Notes under the pieces: generated by a model
Told to the model about the DNA's origin: nothing
Seen by the model: the letters and a program-made list of their open reading frames with translations, nothing else
Database searches by the model: none
Source of the DNA: a virus
Direction: 5' to 3' (one strand)
Length of the DNA: 64,000 nt
Virus record (IMG/VR): IMGVR_UViG_3300047409_000468
Coordinates: 1-64,000 of that record
Position numbers and translations under genes: made by a program
Part shown: positions 28,106 through 35,067 of the stretch, in pieces
Layout of the letters: every line of letters starts with the position of its first letter
Numbering within the stretch: the stretch's first letter is position 1

Positions 28106-28597
28106 TCACGAACCCGGCACCATTGCCACACTGACGATATTGGAATTGATTTCAACCGTGCCGTTCAGGGTCTGCACGGTGTTGGCCCCGCCGCCAGCTT
28201 CCTGCGACATCATGACAAGCCCGTAGAACTCCCGGAGCGAGTTGCTGCCGCCCGTTGCGCCAGTCTTGTCATTAAGCTCCACCTTGAAGGCGTAGTTGTC
28301 CAGCACCTTGCTTGCCGCCACTATCTGTTGCTGGCCTGGATCGGTAGTGTCCGTGGCGAAAACGTTGGCCATGCTGCCCGCGTTCTTCGTGCCCTTCATC
28401 TTCTTAGTGCGGCCCTCACCGATAAGGTCCGTTGTGATTAACTGGGCGCTGTCACCATACGGCCCCATCTGGGTCCACTTCTTGACCTCCGTCCAAATCA
28501 CAGCGGCAAAGTCGGCAGCCACAACATCCACCGACTTTTCAGCAAACGGCAAGGTGCTGATATAAAACTTGCACCCGGCAACTGGATAAAGCGGCAT
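28106..28597 (-). CDS. Tail tube protein, copy 2
   Basis: GPYGDSAQLIT...GRTKKMKGTKNAG...EINSNIV; near-identical to 28620-29099. Confidence 0.85.
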   Translation of the reverse strand: MPLYPVAGCKFYISTLPFAEKSVDVVAADFAAVIWTEVKKWTQMGPYGDSAQLITTDLIGEGRTKKMKGTKNAGSMANVFATDTTDPGQQQIVAASKVLDNYAFKVELNDKTGATGGSNSLREFYGLVMMSQEAGGGANTVQTLNGTVEINSNIVSVAMVPGS

Positions 28598-28619
28598 TTC
28601 AACCTCCTCTAAAGGCGTA

Positions 28620-29099
28620 TCACGCCGCTGGGGTGGAGACGATGTTCGAGTTTATTTCGACGGTGGCGTTCAGTGTCTGCACGGTATTTGCGCCGCCGCC
28701 TGCCTCTTGTGCCTGCATCACAAGCCCATAGAATTCCCGAAGCGAGTTATTGACCTGCGCTCCGGTCTTATCATTGAGCTCCACTTTGAAGGCATAATTG
28801 TCGAGCACTTTGGATGCCGCAATCACTTTTACTTGTCCACCATCTGTGGTGTCTGTGGCAAAGACATTCGCCATAGACCCAGCATTTTTCGTGCCCTTCA
28901 TCTTCTTGGTGCGGCCCTCACCGATAAGGTCCGTTGTGATTAGCTGGGCCGAATCGCCGTATGGCCCCATCTGAGTCCATTTCTTCACTTCGATCCAAGT
29001 GACCGCCGAAAAATCCCCATGCACAACATCTGCCGATTGCTCGGGGAACGGATTGGTGCTGATGTAAATCTTGCAGCCAGCAACCGGGTATAGAGCCAT
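28620..29099 (-). CDS. Tail tube (major tail) protein, copy 1
   Basis: Same tail-tube motifs; follows the tail terminator gene. Confidence 0.85.
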   Translation of the reverse strand: MALYPVAGCKIYISTNPFPEQSADVVHGDFSAVTWIEVKKWTQMGPYGDSAQLITTDLIGEGRTKKMKGTKNAGSMANVFATDTTDGGQVKVIAASKVLDNYAFKVELNDKTGAQVNNSLREFYGLVMQAQEAGGGANTVQTLNATVEINSNIVSTPAA

Positions 29100-29114
29100 G
29101 TCTAAGGTCCTTTC

Positions 29115-29540
29115 CTATACCGATATGGTCTCAAACGGCACGGTCACCGGAGTCCGCCAGCGGTCGCCGTCTACATACCCTCCGGCTACTCTCGGGCGCG
29201 ATGTAACGCGCACCCGTGTGCTCCCGGAGGAGAGCACCTGCCCATGGAAATGCGCGGCCAGACCCCCGCCAATTTCCTGTGAGTCTAGTTCACCGCCATT
29301 AAGCGGTGTGAGTATGCTGACACCCAAAATCCCCATGTGCCTGTTTTCGTCCATGGAGTCTACGACCACCGCCTGCGGGGTTCCGGGGGAATACGACACA
29401 ACTGCGTACATATCGGCTTTAGGCTGCCCATTCGTCGGGTACTGCACATTGCCCCAGACGACTGGCAAGCCACCTTGCCACGCGGCCAAGTGCGCGAGCA
29501 AGGCTTCCAGTATTCTGGCTTCTGGTGTAGTCGCTGTCAT
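29115..29540 (-). CDS. Tail terminator protein (DUF4128-like)
   Basis: Synteny; VVWGNV...G.LGVSI..P...G..LAAHF...PVTVPF. Confidence 0.7.
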   Translation of the reverse strand: MTATTPEARILEALLAHLAAWQGGLPVVWGNVQYPTNGQPKADMYAVVSYSPGTPQAVVVDSMDENRHMGILGVSILTPLNGGELDSQEIGGGLAAHFHGQVLSSGSTRVRVTSRPRVAGGYVDGDRWRTPVTVPFETISV

Positions 29541-30007
29541 GAGAACACCAGTGTCGATGCCAGCCGCCGCTGGTTATTCTCTATTATCTGCGGCCACTGC
29601 TGAACCGCCAATTCAACAAAGTGCCGTCCCGGTTGGTTGTAGTTCCGGCCCAGTGAGTCGGTGCCCGTGAACCCATAGTTCTGGCGTGCAGCGTAAGCCG
29701 CGATGAACCCAAACGATATAGGCCCACTCAAGTCCCAACTGGCTATCAGCGCTTCCACGGCTGCCGTGTTCCCCAACTGCGGTCCCACACTCCCGTCGGC
29801 TGTGGGGTCGATAGGCGGTATGCTCGCGCCGGGTAAACCAATCAGCGAATTCTGCAGGAACGAAGTATCCACCGGCATGTTGCCACCAGCACTGACCGGC
29901 ACCTTCATCAAGCGGATAACTTCCTGCGTGCTCTGCTTTATCACAGCTTCCGTGAATAACCGCGATGCGGCAACCCACGCTTCTATCTGTGCAGTGAACC
30001 CGGTCAT
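29537..30007 (-). CDS. Neck/tail completion protein (HK97 gp10-like)
   Basis: MPVDTSFLQNS...AYAARQNYG...FVELAVQQWPQII. Confidence 0.75.
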   Translation of the reverse strand: MTGFTAQIEAWVAASRLFTEAVIKQSTQEVIRLMKVPVSAGGNMPVDTSFLQNSLIGLPGASIPPIDPTADGSVGPQLGNTAAVEALIASWDLSGPISFGFIAAYAARQNYGFTGTDSLGRNYNQPGRHFVELAVQQWPQIIENNQRRLASTLVFS

Positions 30008-31077
30008 GGCGTTGCCGTGGTCTGTTGCCGGGACTTGCGCACTGCGGCTGCGATATAGTCAATCTTGTACTCCGCATGGCAACGACAATTGATTACATCT
30101 TGCGGATAGGCACCATGCTCACGGTCACCGGGGTGCATCATCTTGGCCCCGGTTTCCGGCGATATGAACGGCTCAGTATAAGCCACCTTCTTGCCGTGCA
30201 GTATGTAATGACTCCGGCGCTCACGCCCGTCCCGGTTGGTGCGCCAAATTTTCACTGCATCCCGCTCTTCGATCTTGCCGGTTTCTATCATCTGCCGTAT
30301 CGATTCGGCCTGCCCGGCATGCAGCGACAGTATAGATTCCGTGCGCGCAATGGTCTCGCCACGCAGCTGGAGCAGCCGGTCGCTATAGCGCCCGACCATC
30401 ATCTGCACGTCTTCTACCTTAAGTGGCGTGCCCGCCGCAATGGCCCGATGCACCTTGGCATCGAACCGCGCGTCTCGCCGCTTGCGCGTCAGGTAATTGG
30501 CCAACAGCGCAGGGTCACCAGACAGGAGCTCGGTGCGCGCGTTCTGCACATAGGTCAACTGGTTTGGGGTAAGGCCCACGATGCCACCCTCGCGCCTGCC
30601 CGTGCGCACAGAGACACGGCCGACGATGTCCAGCGCAGTCGTGCGCGGGTTCTGGCCCTTGGCCATGCCTTCGCTCAAAGCTCCGCGTACGGTCTCCCTA
30701 GCCGTGCGTGACAGCCCCACAACCAAGCGACTGCTCTCCACCCGCAGCCATTCCTCTGCCGGGGGAGCCCGTACGTTGAAGCGGAAGATAATGCGGGTGC
30801 CGGTGTTCGGGTCCGGCGTGGCGCGCGCGGCCTCTGCCGTCAGCACGCCTGCGGTCTTGAATATATCCAGCGTAGCATCAGCCACTGCGGCGAACACCAC
30901 CGGGTCCAGGTTAAGGATCGAAAGCGCATGCTCGACGTTGCCGGTTTCAATGGCGTCGGCCAATGCCTGGATAACCGTTTCGTCATTAATGTCGGCAATG
31001 GCCTCCAGGAACGCATCCCGTACCTCTGGCTCCATCTGGTCCAGCAGGTCTTGCAGGGATGAAGGTATTGCCGCCAT
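30004..31077 (-). CDS. MuF/SPP1 gp7-like minor head protein
   Basis: RGETIARTE...KIWRTNRDGRER.SH...HPGD...INCRC. Confidence 0.85.
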   Translation of the reverse strand: MAAIPSSLQDLLDQMEPEVRDAFLEAIADINDETVIQALADAIETGNVEHALSILNLDPVVFAAVADATLDIFKTAGVLTAEAARATPDPNTGTRIIFRFNVRAPPAEEWLRVESSRLVVGLSRTARETVRGALSEGMAKGQNPRTTALDIVGRVSVRTGRREGGIVGLTPNQLTYVQNARTELLSGDPALLANYLTRKRRDARFDAKVHRAIAAGTPLKVEDVQMMVGRYSDRLLQLRGETIARTESILSLHAGQAESIRQMIETGKIEERDAVKIWRTNRDGRERRSHYILHGKKVAYTEPFISPETGAKMMHPGDREHGAYPQDVINCRCHAEYKIDYIAAAVRKSRQQTTATP

Positions 31078-31451
31078 TATGACCCTATCACCAGCCTGAA
31101 AACAATGAGTATGCCAGCCTCAGGCACGCGGATGACCTGCTTTATCGTAGTTGGTATGCCGTCGATAATCAAACGGTCGCTCACCAAGGGTTGAACGTTC
31201 ACCGGTAGCGAGGTAGCTGGTATGATCGCCATGCGGTCAGTATTCAGGACAGAAGTCCCGTTGACAAGCCGGCGGTCTATCCCCTGAACCACGCCCACAA
31301 CCGGGAAAGTCTCTATAGTCGGTACATCAGGCTCCCACGGCTGCGCCCCCGCTACCGGTGTCCGCCTCTCCAGCACAAGCACGCCTTGCTGGTACTCGGT
31401 AATTATACCGAGAGCGGTGTTCGCCATTTCTGTGTAGAATGCATCACTCAT
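31077..31451 (-). CDS. Head closure/stopper protein
   Basis: Synteny; FY.EM...A..II...PWEP...NGT.V...D.L.IDG. Confidence 0.65.
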   Translation of the reverse strand: MSDAFYTEMANTALGIITEYQQGVLVLERRTPVAGAQPWEPDVPTIETFPVVGVVQGIDRRLVNGTSVLNTDRMAIIPATSLPVNVQPLVSDRLIIDGIPTTIKQVIRVPEAGILIVFRLVIGS

Positions 31452-31942
31452 GCCCGACTAAGCCACTTCGTGACACTGCGCCCAACCTCCCCGGACCCGC
31501 CAAGGAGACAGGACAGCATGCTATCCACTACGGTGAGGGTTGGCTTCTGGCTCTGCACAACGCCTCCCTCGTCGGCGTATGTGACCGAAACCGCACCACT
31601 CACGCTTACGCTTTTCTGCACACGCCCCACGGTAACGTCAGGGCTAAGCGAACCGGGCTTGGCCAGTTCGCGGAGAGTGGCCTCGTACGTTGACCGCTGG
31701 ATTTCTACAGGTATCTCATCAGAAGCGATGACGTGACCCTTGCAGTCTACCGCGCCGGTACGAGGCCACCCCAAATCCTGATCGCGCCCATCTGTAGGCA
31801 CTCCAGGATAACGCGGGCCGTAGGTGTTGTCCAGCCAGAGGGAGGAACGTTCTAGCGCAGGATTCACCTCGCCCGCGACGGGTGTGTAGCCCATCTGTAT
31901 ACAGTACGATTCAAACCCCGCTTCAGTTCCGTAATGGGCCAC
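31448..31942 (-). CDS. Head-tail adaptor (DnaT-like family)
   Basis: AL.RS..WLD..Y...Y.G...Q.L.WPR...IP.EI...YEA...SVTY. Confidence 0.75.
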   Translation of the reverse strand: MAHYGTEAGFESYCIQMGYTPVAGEVNPALERSSLWLDNTYGPRYPGVPTDGRDQDLGWPRTGAVDCKGHVIASDEIPVEIQRSTYEATLRELAKPGSLSPDVTVGRVQKSVSVSGAVSVTYADEGGVVQSQKPTLTVVDSMLSCLLGGSGEVGRSVTKWLSRA

Positions 31943-31951
31943 GGCAAACCT

Positions 31952-32587
31952 CTATGCCTTGGGCGGCTCTACCTGTGTCGTGGGCGGCACCACATTCTCA
32001 CCGGGTACTGCCGAACCGGGCATGACACCGGCCCCATGGCCCGGTGCCGGAAGCTGTGCCTCCTGCTCGGGGCTGTGCTCGGGCGGCATTTCAGACGGCG
32101 GCGGCTCCTCACCTTCCGGCGTCCATGGTGCCTGCTCTTCGTAAGCCGCTTCCATCTCTTCGCGAGTAGGTCCGTCGCTCGCTACATCGGTCTTGTAGAC
32201 GATTGTCTCGCTGGCCGGTGCCTCGGTCGGGATACGCTCGTGCAACCTCTCCAGGGTCGTCTTGGGCTCGCCCTGTGGGTCTTCTACGCTGCGCCGACCC
32301 ACCAAGTCGCGTACATGGTCGAGCCGCAACGGCAAATCGACCGGGTCGCCTTCCTTGGTGTTCTCCTGCAAGCCGGCCACCACCTTTTCGCCAATGGTGA
32401 TAACAGCTCTGCCCATTGCTTCACGGACGGCCTGTACTTTTTCATCAGTGCCTTCCCCGGAATGCAGTTCATCGAGCGCCCGGAAACTTTCCTGATGCGT
32501 CTTGTTCCACTTTTCGAAGCGTTCGGCCTCTAGCTCCAACTCAGGAAGCTGCGAAACCCGCGCGCGGCTGAATGCTGAAAGACCCAT
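31952..32587 (-). CDS. Hypothetical head-region protein with acidic/Pro-rich C-terminus
   Basis: 211 aa, GAGGAG RBS, directly after the capsid gene. Confidence 0.7.
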   Translation of the reverse strand: MGLSAFSRARVSQLPELELEAERFEKWNKTHQESFRALDELHSGEGTDEKVQAVREAMGRAVITIGEKVVAGLQENTKEGDPVDLPLRLDHVRDLVGRRSVEDPQGEPKTTLERLHERIPTEAPASETIVYKTDVASDGPTREEMEAAYEEQAPWTPEGEEPPPSEMPPEHSPEQEAQLPAPGHGAGVMPGSAVPGENVVPPTTQVEPPKA

Positions 32588-32610
32588 GGTTGGTCTCCTC
32601 TAGGTTGGGG

Positions 32611-32652
32611 GCGGAGGAACCAGTTAAGGGATGCATAACCCGGTTCCTCCGC
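32611..32652 (-). other. Strong stem-loop downstream of the major capsid gene
   Basis: GCGGAGGAACC...GGTTCCTCCGC 11-bp stem with no U tract. Confidence 0.55.
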
Positions 32653-32674
32653 AATCGCGAGGGGAGGGGTATCC

Positions 32675-33628
32675 CTAGGCGATTTTGTGTTTGAACTGGA
32701 CGATACGAACGTTCTTGTTGTCGTAGCGCCGGTTCCAGTTGGTGCCGACCGCCAGTTCAGTGTTGGTCGGGGCAACGCCCGTGGCCACGCCGATCCAGGC
32801 TACGCCACGCGGGTGCATGACAAAGTGCCTGCGGTTGATGAGGATATCCTCACCAGCCAGCGAGTCACGGTCAGTTTCAGTAGGCGTCGGCGCACCGCCA
32901 TCGGCATAGCCGATAGCACCGGCACCGAATAGATACGTGGTGTAGACACCCGCATTCACCGGCATGCTGTCATCCACAATCACGCGCTTGCCCATGTAGA
33001 AGGGCAGTGTCGGGTTGCCTTCCTTATCGGGCAAGAAGTCGATCAACTGTTGCTTGACCAGCACTGACACCGTGGCGCTGTGCATGGCAAAGGCGGTCAG
33101 CTTGTCGGCCGCGTCACCCAGTTTGTAGATGGCGTCCACCACAGAATCTGAACCGATGACCGCCAGCGCGCCCGCATTGCCGGAAATATCCAACACATTA
33201 CCGGACATACTGGCCGCCGCGAAGACGCCCTGTAGCTCGGCCAATAGCAACGCCTGCCAGCGCCGTGACCAGTATGCACCGACCAGACTGGCAATCTGCT
33301 GCATGGGGTCATCGCCGGAGAGCGCCTCGGCCAAATCATTGACGCCCCACGCCTTGCCGCGTGCATGCAGCACGGCGATGTCCTGCGCCGATGTGATCTT
33401 GTCGACACCCAGCGGCACGACATCAGACAACACCTCTTCCACACCGGTCAGGTCTTTCCAGAACGGCATGGCCAGCGTGGTGCCACCCTTGGCCCCGAAC
33501 ACATTGAGTTCAGGCACCGTGGCGACAATGCCGGATTCAAACAGCGCGGAAAGCTGTGTGGATTTATCGACAACATACGGGTTGAAGACTGACGGTACAA
33601 TGACGTCAGCAATCTTGGTAGAGGCCAT
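32675..33628 (-). CDS. Major capsid protein
   Basis: TKIADVIVP..F..Y...SGIV...MPFWKDL...RGKAW...DPM..IA...MHS...VIVDD.MP...HPRG; follows the scaffold gene. Confidence 0.9.
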   Translation of the reverse strand: MASTKIADVIVPSVFNPYVVDKSTQLSALFESGIVATVPELNVFGAKGGTTLAMPFWKDLTGVEEVLSDVVPLGVDKITSAQDIAVLHARGKAWGVNDLAEALSGDDPMQQIASLVGAYWSRRWQALLLAELQGVFAAASMSGNVLDISGNAGALAVIGSDSVVDAIYKLGDAADKLTAFAMHSATVSVLVKQQLIDFLPDKEGNPTLPFYMGKRVIVDDSMPVNAGVYTTYLFGAGAIGYADGGAPTPTETDRDSLAGEDILINRRHFVMHPRGVAWIGVATGVAPTNTELAVGTNWNRRYDNKNVRIVQFKHKIA

Positions 33629-33712
33629 AGGTCAGTCCTCCTAGTTGGCCATGCGTTGGGTAAATACATGAACCAACCGAGTCCACAAGACCGTCGGCTG
33701 GGATGGGTTCTA

Positions 33713-33778
33713 CTGCCTCGTCACAAACGCCCGACAGTATTCCCGGTATTCAGCTGCCTCGTCACAAACGCCCGACAG
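33713..33778 (-). repeat. Two exact 25-bp direct repeats (33713-33737 and 33754-33778) in the scaffold-capsid intergenic leader
   Basis: CTGCCTCGTCACAAACGCCCGACAG occurs twice with a 41-bp period. Confidence 0.9.
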
Positions 33779-33779
33779 C

Positions 33780-34619
33780 CTACGCAGTGAGCACGTTATC
33801 GATCTCGCGCTGCGTACGTCCCGCTGCCTTCATCAAGCGGCGGGCCTTGTCCTTATCAGACGTAACGATTCGGCCCTGCTCCGTAAGATTGAAGGCATCC
33901 TTCATCCACGGATTAATTTCCGAACCACGCCCGTTACCCGATCCATGTGCGCCCGAGCCTCTCGCTGCGACCACGAACGGTTTACCGTCGTCTGACTTGG
34001 ACCAGTTCTCGACGAACTTGTCGATATCAACTTCGCCGAGGTCTGTATCCACTATGGCATGACGCTTGCCGTCATCGCCCTTCTTCACCTTCACGGAGCC
34101 ACGCAACAGCGCACGGGTAGCACCCATGAACTCCTTGGCGACACCATGCTTTACGAGCGCCTCAGTCAGCCCGCCGTCGACCAGCGTGGCATGAATAAGG
34201 TCATCACGTTCCTTGATTTCGTCGTCTTTGGTTTTGAGGTCAGCCAGCCGCTTGGTCTCGGCGTCGCGGATCCGCTGCTCGTAGCGCTCACGCTCTTTCT
34301 GTAGCTTGGCTTCAGCATCCTTGTCGCGGTTGGGATCGGCGCGCAGCGTCTCTAGCTCAGCCACCATATCTGCGTACTTGGCCGGGTCAAAGTCGCTCGG
34401 CAAACCGGCCAGCTTCGCATCGTTGGCGGCTAGTTTTTCCTTGAGTACCTTGCTTTCCTTGCGGAGATTAGCCAGAGATATAGCCAACGGAGAGACTGAA
34501 GTGTGCGCATTGAGCGTGCCATCCAGGTCCAGGTAAAACTTACCGTCCTTCTCGATGTACTCAGCCTTTAACGCCTCAGGTATTTCTGAGGCATCTTCAA
34601 TAACTGCACGCAGCGCCAC
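33780..34619 (-). CDS. Capsid scaffolding protein
   Basis: ALRAVI...LKAEYIEKDGKFYLDL, coiled coil, GSGA.G..., NPW....NLTEQGR; upstream of the capsid gene. Confidence 0.85.
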   Translation of the reverse strand: MALRAVIEDASEIPEALKAEYIEKDGKFYLDLDGTLNAHTSVSPLAISLANLRKESKVLKEKLAANDAKLAGLPSDFDPAKYADMVAELETLRADPNRDKDAEAKLQKERERYEQRIRDAETKRLADLKTKDDEIKERDDLIHATLVDGGLTEALVKHGVAKEFMGATRALLRGSVKVKKGDDGKRHAIVDTDLGEVDIDKFVENWSKSDDGKPFVVAARGSGAHGSGNGRGSEINPWMKDAFNLTEQGRIVTSDKDKARRLMKAAGRTQREIDNVLTA

Positions 34620-34631
34620 TAGGTTTCCTCC

Positions 34632-34763
34632 CTAAGCTGCGGGGTCTTCGATTTCGTCGTCGTCCTTTTCGTCTTCATCTTCATCGGGCGGCGGCAAATC
34701 TGTGGGAGCAGGCATGGGGATGGGTGCCGGCTCATCAATAACCTTTTCCGGGTCACCAGTCAT
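34632..34763 (-). CDS. Very acidic 43-aa peptide
   Basis: Manual translation MTGDPEKVIDEPAPIPMPAPTDLPPPDEDEDEKDDDEIEDPAA; GGGGAG RBS. Confidence 0.45.
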   Translation of the reverse strand: MTGDPEKVIDEPAPIPMPAPTDLPPPDEDEDEKDDDEIEDPAA

Positions 34764-34828
34764 CACAATGCATCTCCCCTAAGCAATGAAGGGCAAACCT
34801 ACGCCGCTTCCGGGAAGTTGGCTAGTGG

Positions 34829-35017
34829 TTATTTTGTCGGCATGTCTGCCAGCGGGTGCGGGTCCTTGTTGTCCGGGTCCGGCACCAATTGCTCATCGCG
34901 ATTCTGGTGAATGACGTTACTGTTCTCACCAAAGTCCCAATCGCCGAAGCGTTCGCTGCCTGGATACGGTTCATAGTCATGGGGCCAGTCTGGGTTTCTC
35001 TTGGGTTTCTTTGCCAT
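34829..35017 (-). CDS. Small protein downstream of the ADP-ribosyltransferase, with its own promoter (immunity candidate)
   Basis: 62 aa; AAAGGAG RBS; promoter at 35037-35065. Confidence 0.7.
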   Translation of the reverse strand: MAKKPKRNPDWPHDYEPYPGSERFGDWDFGENSNVIHQNRDEQLVPDPDNKDPHPLADMPTK

Positions 35018-35036
35018 TAATTTCTCCTTTAGCCCT

Positions 35037-35065
35037 TATATATGCTCTTTTCACTTAACTTGCAA
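35037..35065 (-). promoter_or_regulatory. sigma70-type promoter TTGCAA-N17-TATATA
   Basis: AT-rich gap between the ART stop and the 62-aa gene. Confidence 0.6.
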
Positions 35066-35067
35066 AT

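Noticed and set aside
27919-28155. Frameshift extension of the tail tube protein
   Set aside because: No slippery sequence is evident, and a good RBS with ATG at 28089 explains the ORF as a separate gene.
30004-31077. MuF-toxin fusion
   Set aside because: The protein ends shortly after the INCRC motif with no toxin extension; the ART is a separate gene.
33713-33778. 25-bp direct repeats as a mini CRISPR array
   Set aside because: Only two repeats with a 16-bp gap and no cas genes in the window.
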